A stretch of DNA of 64,000 bases from an uncultured bacterium (GTDB taxonomy: Bacteria; Krumholzibacteriota; Krumholzibacteriia; LZORAL124-64-63), in assembly GCA_963732385.1 (NCBI GenBank), contig CAVSZB010000003.1:96001-160000 (forward strand), in the 5' to 3' direction. Each line of letters begins with the position of its first letter. Position 1 is the stretch's first letter. This document shows, one piece after another, positions 26,194 to 36,314 of the stretch. Position numbers and translations under genes: made by a program. Under the pieces are notes generated by a model. It saw only the letters and a list, made by a program, of their open reading frames with translations. It was not told the origin of the DNA and made no database searches.

Positions 26194-29100
26194 GTGGCCG
26201 TGAACGGCGAGCGTACCGTCCGCCTGCGTTCGCAACTGGCGGAGCGGATCCTGGTCCTTGACGGAGCCATGGGAACCGCCCTGCAGGCCGCCAACCTTGG
26301 TACCGACGACTTTGGTGGGCCCGACCTGGAGGGGTGCAACGAGCTGCTGGTCGCCACGCGGCCCGACGTCGTGCGAGGCGTCCACGCCGCCTACCTCGCG
26401 GCCGGCGCCGACATCCTCGAAACGAACACCTTCGGTGGCACGCCGCTCGTGCTGGCCGAGTACGGTCAGCAGGCGCGCGCGCGCGCGCTGAATTGCCTGG
26501 CGGCGCGGCTGGCGCGGGAGGTCGCGGCCGGCTTCGACGAGCCCGGGCGGACCCGCTTCGTGGCCGGCTCGATGGGGCCGACGACGAAGGCGATCTCGGT
26601 CACCGGCGGCGTCACCTTCCCCGATCTGAGGGCGCACTACCGCGAGCAGGCCCTTGGTCTGGTCGAGGGGGGGTGCGATTTCCTGCTCGTCGAAACCGCC
26701 CAGGACGCGCGTAACGTCAAGGCGGCGCTGCAGGGGATCGGCGATGCACTGCGGCAGCTCGGCGCGGAGCTCCCGGTCGCGATCTCGGGCACGATCGAGA
26801 CGATGGGCACGACGCTCGCGGGACAGACCGTGGAGGCGTTCGCGGCCTCCTTCCGCCACCTCGACCTGCTCTACCTCGGTCTGAACTGCGCCACCGGCCC
26901 CGCCTTCATGACCGACCACCTGCGGGCGATGTCGGCGCTCGCCCCCTGCCCGGTGGCCTGCGCGCCGAACGCCGGGCTGCCCGACGAAGACGGGCGGTAC
27001 GGCGAGACGCCGGCGATGCTGGCCGCGTCGCTGCGCCGGTTCGTGGACGCCGGCTGGGTGAACCTCGTCGGTGGTTGCTGCGGCACGACGGCACCGCACA
27101 TCCGGGCGTTGGCGGACATGGTCGCGGCGGCCGCGGCCGCCGGCGTCCGTCCGCGCGTACCGCCGCGCCTGACCGGCCGCACGATCGTGTCGGGCCTCGA
27201 GAGTCTCGAGCTGACGGACGAGAACCGCCCCGTACTCGTGGGCGAGCGGACCAACCTGATCGGCAGCCGCGTGTTCAAGCGGCTGGTGCGCGACGGCCGG
27301 TTCGAGGAGGCGAGCGAGATCGCGCGGCGCCAGGTGCGGGGCGGCGCGCAGGTGATCGACGTCTGTCTGGCCGATCCCGAGGGCGACGAGGCGTCCGCAA
27401 TGGAGGCGTTCCTCGACCGCGCCGTGCGCAAGGTGAAGGTCCCGTTCATGATCGATTCCACCTCCGCGGAGGTGTTCGAGCGGGCGCTCACCTGGATGCA
27501 GGGCAAGGCGATCCTCAACTCCATCAACCTCGAGGATGGCGAGAAGCGTTTCGCGCGCGTCGTGCCGCTGGCGCGAGCGTACGGCGCGGCGCTGGTGGTC
27601 GGCTGCATCGACGAGGACCCGGCGCAGGGGATGGCTTTGACGCGGGCGCGCAAGCTGGCAGTGGCGGAGCGGTCGTACGATCTGCTGGTCAACAAGTACG
27701 GCGTGGCGCCGGAGGACATCATCTTCGACCCGCTGGTCTTTCCGTGCGCCACGGGAGACGCAGCTTATCTCGGCTCGGCCCTCGAGACGGTCGAGGGGGT
27801 GCGCCTGATCAAACAGGCGCTGCCCGACTGCCGGACCATCCTGGGCATCAGCAACGTCAGCTTTGGTCTGCCGCCGTCGGCGCGCGAGGTTGTCAACTCG
27901 GTCTTTCTCCATCACGCCACGAAGGCGGGGCTCGACCTCGCGATCGTCAACACTGAGAAGCTCGAGCGCTACGCCTCACTGCCCGACGACGAACGGAGAC
28001 TGGCGGAGCGGGTCCTGTTCGAGACCGACGCTGCCGCGGTGGTCGCAATCACCGAGTTCTACCGCGCCCGCGCGAACGGAGTCGCGAGTGCGTCACGCGC
28101 GGAGCGCGGCGGCGGGGGCGGCCTGCCGACGCATGCGCCCGATGGTCACGCGTACAGTCTTGACGAACGGCTGGCGCGCTGCATCGTCGAAGGGACGCGT
28201 GAGGGGCTCGTGGCCGACCTCGAGCTGAAACTGAAAGAGGCGCGTCCGCTGGAGATCATCAACGGTCCGCTGATGGCCGGCATGGACGAGGTGGGGCGAC
28301 TTTTCAACGCCAACGAGCTGATCGTGGCGGAGGTGCTGCAGTCCGCCGAGGCGATGAAGGCGGCGGTGGATTGGCTGACGCCGTTCATGGCCAAGAGCGA
28401 GACTGCGAACAAGGGGACGGTCATCCTCGCGACCGTGAAGGGGGACGTCCACGACATCGGCAAAAACCTCGTGGACATCATCCTCACCAACAACGGCTAC
28501 CGCGTGGTGAACCTCGGCATCAAGGTGCCGCCGGGCGACCTGATCCGCGCCATCGACGAGCACCGCCCCGACCTCATCGGGCTGTCGGGGCTGCTGGTGA
28601 AGTCGGCGGCCCAGATGGTGGTGACCGCCGAGGAGCTGACGCTCGCCGGCAAGACGCCGCCGCTGCTGGTCGGCGGCGCGGCGCTCACGAAAAGTTTCGT
28701 CGCCCGGCGCATCGCGACGGCCTACGGCGGCGTCGTGGCGTACGCCGGCGACGCGATGCACGGGCTCGACCTCGCCGGGCGGCTGCTCGACCCGACGCGA
28801 CGCGAGGCATACGCGACGGAATGGGAGGCCTACCGGAGCGGGCTGGCGTCGCCTGCGTCGACGGCCGCGGGGGGCGCGACGGCCGGCGGTTCCGGCGCGC
28901 CGGGCGTGCGTCCGGTGGAGGTCGTGCCGACGCCGCGGAGCTGGGCGCGGCAGACCCTGGTGGGGCTTCCGCTTGACGATGTCTGGGCGTACGTCAATCC
29001 AGCCATGCTGTACAACCGCCACCTCGGGCTGCAGGGGCGCTTCGCGGACGCGGTGGCGCGGGGCGACGCGAAGGCGCTGGCGCTGCTGGCGGTCGTGGAC

Positions 29101-29760
29101 GAGCTGAAGGCGCTCGGGCGGGACGGGGCGTTGAGCGGGCGCGCAGTGTGGCAGGCGTTCGCCGCCGAGAGCGACGGGGACGCGATCAGGCTGTACGCGG
29201 GCGACACGGCGCCCGGGGGCGGCGAGCCGCTGGCCACGTTCACCTTCCCGCGCCAGCACGCCGGACGGCGCCTCTGTTTGGCCGACTTCGTGCGGCCGGC
29301 GACCGTGGCGGCGCGCGGCGGCCGCGATAATGTCGTGCTGTTCGCGGTCACGGCGGGACCGGACGTGCGCGGGTTGGCGGCCGACTTCAGGGCGCGCGGA
29401 GAGTATCTCAGGAGCCACGCGCTGGAGGCGCTGGCGCTCGAGACGGCCGAGGCGGCCGCCGAGTGGCTGCACGCGCGTCTGCGCGAGGAGTGGGGTTTCC
29501 CCGACGACGCATCGCTGACGATGATGGACCGCTTCCGCGCCAAGTACCACGGCAAACGCTACTCGTTCGGTTATCCGGCCTGCCCCGCGCTGGAAGATCA
29601 GCGGATCCTGTTCGACCTGCTGCGGCCCGAGGAGGTCGGCATCGCGCTGACCGACGGTTTCATGATGGATCCGGAGGCCTCGGTGTCGGCGATCGTATTC
29701 CACCACCCCGACGCGGTGTACTTCTCGGTGGGGGCGCAGGAAGAGGGGGGGGCGGAGTAG
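26194..29760 (+). CDS. metH: Cobalamin-dependent methionine synthase
   Basis: LDGAMGT, GLNC, GGCCGT, VGERTN, TVKGDVHDIGKN, RYSFGYPACP. Confidence 0.97.
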   Translation: MAVNGERTVRLRSQLAERILVLDGAMGTALQAANLGTDDFGGPDLEGCNELLVATRPDVVRGVHAAYLAAGADILETNTFGGTPLVLAEYGQQARARALNCLAARLAREVAAGFDEPGRTRFVAGSMGPTTKAISVTGGVTFPDLRAHYREQALGLVEGGCDFLLVETAQDARNVKAALQGIGDALRQLGAELPVAISGTIETMGTTLAGQTVEAFAASFRHLDLLYLGLNCATGPAFMTDHLRAMSALAPCPVACAPNAGLPDEDGRYGETPAMLAASLRRFVDAGWVNLVGGCCGTTAPHIRALADMVAAAAAAGVRPRVPPRLTGRTIVSGLESLELTDENRPVLVGERTNLIGSRVFKRLVRDGRFEEASEIARRQVRGGAQVIDVCLADPEGDEASAMEAFLDRAVRKVKVPFMIDSTSAEVFERALTWMQGKAILNSINLEDGEKRFARVVPLARAYGAALVVGCIDEDPAQGMALTRARKLAVAERSYDLLVNKYGVAPEDIIFDPLVFPCATGDAAYLGSALETVEGVRLIKQALPDCRTILGISNVSFGLPPSAREVVNSVFLHHATKAGLDLAIVNTEKLERYASLPDDERRLAERVLFETDAAAVVAITEFYRARANGVASASRAERGGGGGLPTHAPDGHAYSLDERLARCIVEGTREGLVADLELKLKEARPLEIINGPLMAGMDEVGRLFNANELIVAEVLQSAEAMKAAVDWLTPFMAKSETANKGTVILATVKGDVHDIGKNLVDIILTNNGYRVVNLGIKVPPGDLIRAIDEHRPDLIGLSGLLVKSAAQMVVTAEELTLAGKTPPLLVGGAALTKSFVARRIATAYGGVVAYAGDAMHGLDLAGRLLDPTRREAYATEWEAYRSGLASPASTAAGGATAGGSGAPGVRPVEVVPTPRSWARQTLVGLPLDDVWAYVNPAMLYNRHLGLQGRFADAVARGDAKALALLAVVDELKALGRDGALSGRAVWQAFAAESDGDAIRLYAGDTAPGGGEPLATFTFPRQHAGRRLCLADFVRPATVAARGGRDNVVLFAVTAGPDVRGLAADFRARGEYLRSHALEALALETAEAAAEWLHARLREEWGFPDDASLTMMDRFRAKYHGKRYSFGYPACPALEDQRILFDLLRPEEVGIALTDGFMMDPEASVSAIVFHHPDAVYFSVGAQEEGGAE

Positions 29761-29808
29761 GGGGGGAGGGGTTTGTGCGGGGGGTTGGCGGCGCGTACGT
29801 GCAGCGGT

Positions 29809-29830
29809 TGCTACGGATGCAAAAAGTGCA
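29809..29830 (+). repeat. Degenerate short copy of the dispersed repeat core
   Basis: TGCTACGGATGCAAAAAGTGC vs TGCTACGTATGCAAAAAGTGC at 4346-4366. Confidence 0.65.
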
Positions 29831-30100
29831 AGGAGGCGAGCCATCGGGCGCGCGACGATTTCTGCGAGATTGAGGCGGCGGTTCGCCAGACATCGTTCGG
29901 GAGGTGCCCCGTTTCCGCTGTCGGTTGGAGATGGGCGGCTTAGGAAGATGTATCCGGTGCCCTGCCTGTGATATGCTGCCTCCCGCATCTTGCCTGCACA
30001 ATCCACCTCGCCTGAGTGACCGCACGCTTTTCCGGCGTGTCGGGCGATGTGCGATGACTCCTCGCCAGATCCCTCATCCTTGCTCCGAAGGAGGGGCGAC

Positions 30101-30763
30101 ATGAGAGTCGTGACGATTTCCGTGATTACCGTTGGTCTTGTGCTCCAGGTCCTGACGCCGGCGTTCGCTTCCGAGAGCGCGCCCGCGGTCTCCGGCGAAG
30201 CGGCCTGGCAGAAGCTGATGGAGGGCAATCAGAGGTACGTGGCGGGGACGATGACGCAGGCCCACCAGGACGCGGGACGCCGGACGGAGGTGGCGAAGGG
30301 GCAGCATCCCCTGGCGGTCGTGGTGGGGTGCGCCGATTCGCGGGTGCCGCCGGAGCTGCTGTTCGATCAGGGGCTGGGCGACCTGTTCGTGGTGCGTCTG
30401 GCGGGCCACGTGATCGACGATGCCGCGCTCGGCAGCATCGAGTATGCGGTGGAGCACCTCGGTACGGGGTTGATCGTGGTTCTGGGGCACGAGCGGTGCG
30501 GCGCGGTGGGCGCGGCGGTGGCGGGGGGCGAGGCGCCGGGTCATCTGCCGGCGCTGATCCATGCCATCGCTCCGGCGGTGGCTGCGGCCCGTACCGCGCC
30601 GGGCGATCTGAACGAGAACGCCATGCGGATCCACGCGACGCTGGTGGCGCAGGGGCTGGCCGCGTCGGAGCCGATCCTCGCGGAGAAGGTCAAGGCGGGA
30701 CAGCTCAGGATCGTGGCGGCACGCTACGATCTGGATGACGGGAACGTCACGCTTCTGCCGTGA
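30101..30763 (+). CDS. Beta-class carbonic anhydrase with signal peptide
   Basis: GCADSRV, GSIEYAV, LGHERCGA zinc ligands. Confidence 0.95.
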   Translation: MRVVTISVITVGLVLQVLTPAFASESAPAVSGEAAWQKLMEGNQRYVAGTMTQAHQDAGRRTEVAKGQHPLAVVVGCADSRVPPELLFDQGLGDLFVVRLAGHVIDDAALGSIEYAVEHLGTGLIVVLGHERCGAVGAAVAGGEAPGHLPALIHAIAPAVAAARTAPGDLNENAMRIHATLVAQGLAASEPILAEKVKAGQLRIVAARYDLDDGNVTLLP

Positions 30764-31023
30764 GAGCGGAAATGCAGCGGGGACTTTCCGCGGTTGGCGC
30801 CGATGCTGGAGTACGAGGAGCTCGCGGGCGCGCGATCATCCGTGCGCGCGCGAGCGACCTCGTGGAGACGTTTCCATATCGGGTAGCATCCCTCCACGAA
30901 GCTCCCCTCACAACAGGACGTCAGCCCGCTCCGACTTGCGCCGGCGCAAGTCGCTTCTCGCCGAGACCGGTCGTGACGGTCCCGTCCGCCCAAAGGCGAC
31001 GGCCATTATCCCCATTAATACAA

Positions 31024-31044
31024 ATCAAGCACCACTTGCTTGAT
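31024..31044. promoter_or_regulatory. Perfect 8-bp inverted repeat in an AT-rich promoter region
   Basis: ATCAAGCA-CCACT-TGCTTGAT upstream of 31172. Confidence 0.5.
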
Positions 31045-31171
31045 GTTATGTTAGAATCATTTACTTGCCAGTCCGGTACATCCTGACCGGCGCTCCGGAT
31101 CACCGCTGCCGTCGGGCCGACTGGGAAATGGGGAAAAACAAGCGGAATGTCCCACTTCATCGGAGACTCAC

Positions 31172-31597
31172 ATGAGAAGCTCGCGAACGCTCCTGCTGAT
31201 CGCCGCCACTCTGCTCCTGGCCGGCGCAGCAGCCCAGGCGCGCGTCAGCCACAGCGACTCGGGGATCCTCTCCATCGACACCGTGACAGCCGTTGGCGAT
31301 GACGCAGCCGGCCCTCCGCAGGCCTCGATCCTCGCCACGATCTACCCGAACCCGTTCAACCCCCGCACGACGATCGCGTACGAACTGGCCGAGGCCGCCA
31401 CGGTCGAGCTGGCGATCTACGACCTGCGCGGAATGCTGGTGCGGGTGCTGGAAGCGGGCCCCCGGTCGGTCGGCCGCCACGAGGCAATCTGGGACGGCCA
31501 GGACAACGCGGGCCACGGGGCTCCGACCGGCACGTATTTCTGCCGGCTGAGCACGCCGCAGGGATCGCAAACCAGGAAGCTGACGCTGGCCCGCTGA
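31172..31597 (+). CDS. Minimal secreted protein: signal peptide, short strand, FlgD-Ig/T9SS-like C-terminal sorting domain
   Basis: YPNPFNPRTTIAY, IYDLRG..VR.L, WDGQD, GTYFCRL, KLTLAR. Confidence 0.85.
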   Translation: MRSSRTLLLIAATLLLAGAAAQARVSHSDSGILSIDTVTAVGDDAAGPPQASILATIYPNPFNPRTTIAYELAEAATVELAIYDLRGMLVRVLEAGPRSVGRHEAIWDGQDNAGHGAPTGTYFCRLSTPQGSQTRKLTLAR

Positions 31598-31634
31598 GGC
31601 CGCATCGCGACCGCTATAAAACGAAGGATGAGAC

Positions 31635-32876
31635 ATGAATACATCACGGATGCCCCGAGCCGGCGTGATCATGGCCGTGCTGTTGCTGGGCGCAACGATA
31701 GCCCGGGCCCAGGGCACGCAGTTGCTTGTTTCCAACGTTCAGGTGCAGCAGCGCCCGCTCACCGCCCTTTGGGACATCACCTACGATCTCGAGACCGTTG
31801 GCGACATCGCGGTGACGGTGAGCCTGTTCCTGTCGACAGACGAGGGCGCGACCTACCCGAATCTTTGCCGGACCGTGACCGGAAACGTCGGCGCCGGTGT
31901 CCTTCCGGGCATCTCCCTCCACATGGTATGGAACGCGGGCTCGGATTTTCCCGGCTTCAGCAGCACGACCTGCCGGCTGCGGGTGACCGCCGATGATGCC
32001 GCGAACATGAGTGATTTCGTTTACGTCACCCCCGGCACCTTTATCATGGGCAGCCCGACTTCTGAGTCGGGGCGATACACCGACGAGACTCAACATCAGG
32101 TGACCCTGACCCACGGCGTCTATGTGCAGGCCAACGAGGTGACGAACCAGCAGTACATGGAGCTGGCCCAGTGGGCGTACGATCATGGTTATGCGACGGC
32201 CACGAGCGCCAGTCTGGCCGACCATTTGGACGGCTCCACCCAGATCTTGAAGTATCTGGGCCTTGAAGACTACGAAATGACCTTCAGCGACGGCATCTTC
32301 AGTTGCGTCAACCCGACCCACCCGGTCAAGTGTTTGACCTGGTACGGTTCGGCGGCGTACTGCGACTGGCTGAGCCTGCAGCAGGGCTTGCCGCGGGCCT
32401 ACAGCCACAGCACCTGGCAGTGCAATAGTGGCAACCCCTATACGGCAACGGGCTACCGCCTGCCGACGGAAGCGGAGTGGGAGTACGCGTGTCGGGCGGG
32501 AACGCAGACCGTATTCAACACGGGGCCCTGCCTGGACGCTGCCACCGAGGCGAACTTCTACGGACCTTATGCCTACCCCGGGTGCCCGACCGGGCCGTGG
32601 GTCGGCTGGACGGTGCCCGGGGGAAACTACCCGGTAAACGGCTTCGGCCTGAACGACATGCACGGCAACGTGTGGGAATGGTGCAACGACTGGTACGGCA
32701 CGTATGTCGGAACTGTGACGAATCCGGTGGGCCCGGTGGCGGGCTCCTACCGGGTGCTCCGCGGGGGCAGCTGGAACGATGACCCGCAGGACTGCCGCTC
32801 AGCCTACCGGGCCTTCCTCTACCCGAGGCTCTCTGGCTTCAGCATGGGATTCCGTGCTGTGAGGTCGGCCAACTGA
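31635..32876 (+). CDS. Secreted FGE-sulfatase/SUMF1 (C-type-lectin fold) protein with N-terminal Ig-like domain
   Basis: GTFIMGS, EVTNQQY, YRLPTEAEWEYACR, GLNDMHGNVWEW, RVLRGGSW, GFR. Confidence 0.9.
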   Translation: MNTSRMPRAGVIMAVLLLGATIARAQGTQLLVSNVQVQQRPLTALWDITYDLETVGDIAVTVSLFLSTDEGATYPNLCRTVTGNVGAGVLPGISLHMVWNAGSDFPGFSSTTCRLRVTADDAANMSDFVYVTPGTFIMGSPTSESGRYTDETQHQVTLTHGVYVQANEVTNQQYMELAQWAYDHGYATATSASLADHLDGSTQILKYLGLEDYEMTFSDGIFSCVNPTHPVKCLTWYGSAAYCDWLSLQQGLPRAYSHSTWQCNSGNPYTATGYRLPTEAEWEYACRAGTQTVFNTGPCLDAATEANFYGPYAYPGCPTGPWVGWTVPGGNYPVNGFGLNDMHGNVWEWCNDWYGTYVGTVTNPVGPVAGSYRVLRGGSWNDDPQDCRSAYRAFLYPRLSGFSMGFRAVRSAN

Positions 32877-32905
32877 GTGCGCGTAGCGGCGTCTTCAACC
32901 CGGCG

Positions 32906-33859
32906 CTATGAAGCCTGCGTCGGCGCACCGGGGCCGGCAGGCTCGATGTGGACCATCACATCGGCGCCTGGCAGGAGCCGCTGCACGGCCAGTTCCGCAG
33001 CGTCGGCGATGGCGTGTCCGCTTTCGAGCGTCGTGTCGCGTGTCACGCGCAGGGTGACGTCGGCGAAGCTGTCGGGGCCGCTGCGACGCAGGCGGACCCG
33101 CACCACTTCGGTCACGCCCGGCAGACGCAGCGCGCGCTGCACTTCGTCGCGCGTTCCGCGCGGGATCTCGTCGAGCAGCTCCGCGATCGTGCGGCGTCCG
33201 AGCTGGATGCTCACCCACACGACGATCACGGCCACGCCGAGCGCCGCCACGGCATCCGCCCGCCGCAGCCAGACCAGCCCGGTCCGCTGAGACACGACGA
33301 CCAGCGCGAGTCCGACCAGCACCACCGACGACGACCAGATGTCGGTCGAGAAGTGCAGCGCGTCGGCCTCGAGGGCCTGGCTGTCGTACTTCTTCGCCAC
33401 GCGCGACAGGGCGCGTGACCGCGAGAAGTCGATCACGATCGAGATGATCATCACCGCGAAGGCCCAGATGGTCGCTTCCACCTCCACGTGCCGGTGGAAC
33501 AGCCGGTCGATCGCCTCCTTGACGATCCACACGCAGGTCGCCAGCAGGAGCAGCGTCTCGAACAGGGCCGACAGGTTCTCCACCTTGCCGTGTCCGTAGG
33601 TGTGCTCACGGTCGGCGGGGCGCGCCGAGACGCGCACGGCAAAGAAGGTGACCACGGCGGCCACGAGGTCGAGGGCGGAGTGTGCCGCCTCGGAAAGGAT
33701 GCCGAGACTGCCGGTCGCCAGGCCTACGACCAGCTTCATGCCGGTCAGTACGACCGCACCCGCCACCGAGGAGAGCGCCACGTTCCGCTTTTCATGGGCG
33801 GCCTGCGGGTCGGCAAGGTCGGCCGCTGCCGCGGAACGAGGGGGGTGCGCCGAATTCAT
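32906..33859 (-). CDS. Cation diffusion facilitator (FieF-like) transporter
   Basis: EAAHSALD, HTYGHGKVE, ADALHFSTD, VHIEP. Confidence 0.93.
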   Translation of the reverse strand: MNSAHPPRSAAAADLADPQAAHEKRNVALSSVAGAVVLTGMKLVVGLATGSLGILSEAAHSALDLVAAVVTFFAVRVSARPADREHTYGHGKVENLSALFETLLLLATCVWIVKEAIDRLFHRHVEVEATIWAFAVMIISIVIDFSRSRALSRVAKKYDSQALEADALHFSTDIWSSSVVLVGLALVVVSQRTGLVWLRRADAVAALGVAVIVVWVSIQLGRRTIAELLDEIPRGTRDEVQRALRLPGVTEVVRVRLRRSGPDSFADVTLRVTRDTTLESGHAIADAAELAVQRLLPGADVMVHIEPAGPGAPTQAS

Positions 33860-34007
33860 AGCGACAACCTCGGTGATCGGGATGGTTTGGCGAGACAGTG
33901 GGGGCGGCGAAGCCGTGGCGGCACGCCGGCCGCGTTCGGCCTCACACTACGCGACCCAATTTTGATCAATAACGGTCAGTTTCGCAAGCCAGTCCTGCGT
34001 GGGCGCG

Positions 34008-34571
34008 CTACAGGAAGGGGCTGTTGTCGTAACCCCACCTTGTCACACGCGCGGGGCTCCCCAGCACCAAGCAGCCGGCTGGCACATCCTGGGTAACCTC
34101 AGCGCCGGCGCTGATCGTCGCCCCGTCCCCTACGCACAGGGGACCGATGATCCGCGCGTGCGCGCCGATCCATACACGGTTACCGATTGCCGGCCCGTCC
34201 AGGGCCTCCGGCGCCGGTTCTAACCGGACCTCTTGTTGGATGGAGCAACTCTGGCCAAGTCGGCAGCCGCGCACGCGGATCCCGGCGAAGTGGCCGATAT
34301 AAAGGCCGGCGCCGATTTCTGCCTTCAGGTCGAGGTGGAGGTCGTAGGCCAGGCGCACATAGGCGGTCAGGATGAGACATGGCAGGGTCAATACCAGTGC
34401 CACTGGAAGCCAGGCCGAACGCAGGCCGCGGCGGGTGATCCAGCGCCCGAGCCGGTAGGCCAGCAGAGCCTGGAGACCGCAGCTCCGCCTTAACAGCCCC
34501 CACGCTCGCAGTCTGCACGGCCTGGGGCAGCGGTCGAAGCGCGCAAGGTCGGCGCGGAAGTCCTCGAACAT
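34008..34571 (-). CDS. Serine O-acetyltransferase-like hexapeptide-repeat acyltransferase
   Basis: IGAGLYIGH, IGNRVWIGAHA, GSPAR. Confidence 0.8.
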   Translation of the reverse strand: MFEDFRADLARFDRCPRPCRLRAWGLLRRSCGLQALLAYRLGRWITRRGLRSAWLPVALVLTLPCLILTAYVRLAYDLHLDLKAEIGAGLYIGHFAGIRVRGCRLGQSCSIQQEVRLEPAPEALDGPAIGNRVWIGAHARIIGPLCVGDGATISAGAEVTQDVPAGCLVLGSPARVTRWGYDNSPFL

Positions 34572-34579
34572 GGAAAACC

Positions 34580-35215
34580 TCAGCCTAGGTGTAGATCAGA
34601 CTCATCAGGCACGACATCCGGCTTGGCGGAGAAGCTGCGCCGCAGAGCAGAGTTGTCGAAGCCGCGGTGCACCACCCGTGCCGGGTTGCCCCCGACCACC
34701 ACGGACGCTGGCAGGTTCCGGGTCAGCACCGTCCTTGGCAGCACGGTAACGCCGTCGCCGATCGATACGCCGCCATAAATGACACAATGCGGGCCGACCC
34801 AGACGTTGCGCCCGATCGTCGGCCGATCGCCGTCCGCAAGGCTCATGCCGATCGTGACATGGTCATGGATCAGTGAGCCACGACCAACTGCCCGTGCCCC
34901 CATGACGATATGGCCCCGGTTCGCCAGGCAGACGCCCCCCTCGATGGACATGGACGGCATGAGGTCGCACTTGACAAGAACATGGGACAGGTAATGGGTC
35001 AAGTTGACCGCAGCGCGCAGTGGCAGGTCGCATAGCTGGCCCAAGGCACCGTGCCGCGAAGCAGGTTCGCAGCGATGGGCCAAGCGGTGCCAGAAGAGCA
35101 CCCAGAGCCCCGGCGAATCAAGCCACAGGAGCGCCAGCGAAAGGGGCGTCGGGCGCCGCCCCGGCCAGCGCAATTCGTGGTGGAATCTGGCGTCCAGCCG
35201 CATCTCATCGCGCAT
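34580..35215 (-). CDS. Second hexapeptide-repeat acyltransferase-like protein
   Basis: HDHVTIG, IGRNVWVGP, GGNPAR. Confidence 0.8.
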   Translation of the reverse strand: MRDEMRLDARFHHELRWPGRRPTPLSLALLWLDSPGLWVLFWHRLAHRCEPASRHGALGQLCDLPLRAAVNLTHYLSHVLVKCDLMPSMSIEGGVCLANRGHIVMGARAVGRGSLIHDHVTIGMSLADGDRPTIGRNVWVGPHCVIYGGVSIGDGVTVLPRTVLTRNLPASVVVGGNPARVVHRGFDNSALRRSFSAKPDVVPDESDLHLG

Positions 35216-35223
35216 GGTTGGCC

Positions 35224-36042
35224 TCAGCGCGCCGGCAAAGCAGCTAGGAATTTCACGAATCGCGTGGCGACCCGCTGTGCGCCGAGCGCGTTCAGGTGGC
35301 CGCCGTCGCTGGTCAGGGCCGGGTCGAGAGTCTCAACTGTCTGTCCCTGGAACCGCTCGGGCGCAGAAGTTTCGGACTCGCAGAGCGCGAGGTCGAACAG
35401 TCGCCCCTGCCGGCCATAGCGCTCGCGAAGGAGTTCGTTGAACTCGGTGCGACGGGCATTCGCGGCGAGGCCGTCGGACGCGCGTCCGAGCAGCTTCTTG
35501 ACCCGGGCCTTCAGACCCGACTGCACAGCGGTCAGCGGGGTCGTCACCGCCACGAAGGTGGTGCGGGGAAACTGCGCGCCGAGCCGGTCGAGCGTTTCGC
35601 CGTAATAGTCGGCCAGGCGCCGGATGTCCGTTTCGGAGGAGATGTCGATATAGCACAATTTCATCAGTGCGATGTCCGCGTGCTGGCCCATGGACTCCAT
35701 GACGGCCGCGAAGTCGTCGATCTTCGCCTGCGGGTCGCCGTTGCGGCCCACCTTGAAATGCACGATGCCGGCGGTGCCCGACGGCGCGCGCGTCTCCGTG
35801 ATGGCCAGCGGCACCTGCGCCTCGGCGGCGAGGGCCTGCAGGCCGGTGAGGATGTTCAGGCCCACGGACTGGCGCCCGAACACCACGCGCCTCGCGACCA
35901 GCGTGTCCCACTCCGCGGCGCTCACCTGCTCGGCGTTCGTCATCGCATCCTCCAAACGTTCCCTCTGCCCGCAGGCGAGCGCGGTGCACATCACCAGCAG
36001 GACGCCGGGCAGCATCCACGAACCGATCCGGTATTTTCTCAT
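35224..36042 (-). CDS. Lipoprotein, SGNH-hydrolase-like
   Basis: Lipobox ALAC; FGRQSVG.NI, MKLCYID, DGGHLN. Confidence 0.7.
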   Translation of the reverse strand: MRKYRIGSWMLPGVLLVMCTALACGQRERLEDAMTNAEQVSAAEWDTLVARRVVFGRQSVGLNILTGLQALAAEAQVPLAITETRAPSGTAGIVHFKVGRNGDPQAKIDDFAAVMESMGQHADIALMKLCYIDISSETDIRRLADYYGETLDRLGAQFPRTTFVAVTTPLTAVQSGLKARVKKLLGRASDGLAANARRTEFNELLRERYGRQGRLFDLALCESETSAPERFQGQTVETLDPALTSDGGHLNALGAQRVATRFVKFLAALPAR

Positions 36043-36314
36043 GTGGTCTTATCCTCTGGTCCCGGGTGGCTCCGCAATCCCTGGTCAGGGGGGACTGGCG
36101 TCCGTCACGACCAGGCAGGGCCTCTCTAATAGTCATGCATCCCGGCAGATTTCGCACGTCATACCGCCGCCCACGTCGGCGCTCCGCCCGAGCGAGCAAC
36201 GGGATCGAACCGGCGCCGGCGGTCGTTTGACAAGCCACCGGGCGGGGCCTACCATGGAGCCGGACGCCAACCCTTTGTCTTTGCGACGTTTGAACCCATG
36301 ATCGCGAGGTTTCC

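Noticed and set aside
26150..26200. SAM/B12 riboswitch before metH
   Set aside because: metH starts within a few bases of the upstream stop, leaving no leader
30764..31000. Short ORFs or possible gene remnant after the carbonic anhydrase
   Set aside because: No recognisable motif or RBS; cannot be supported
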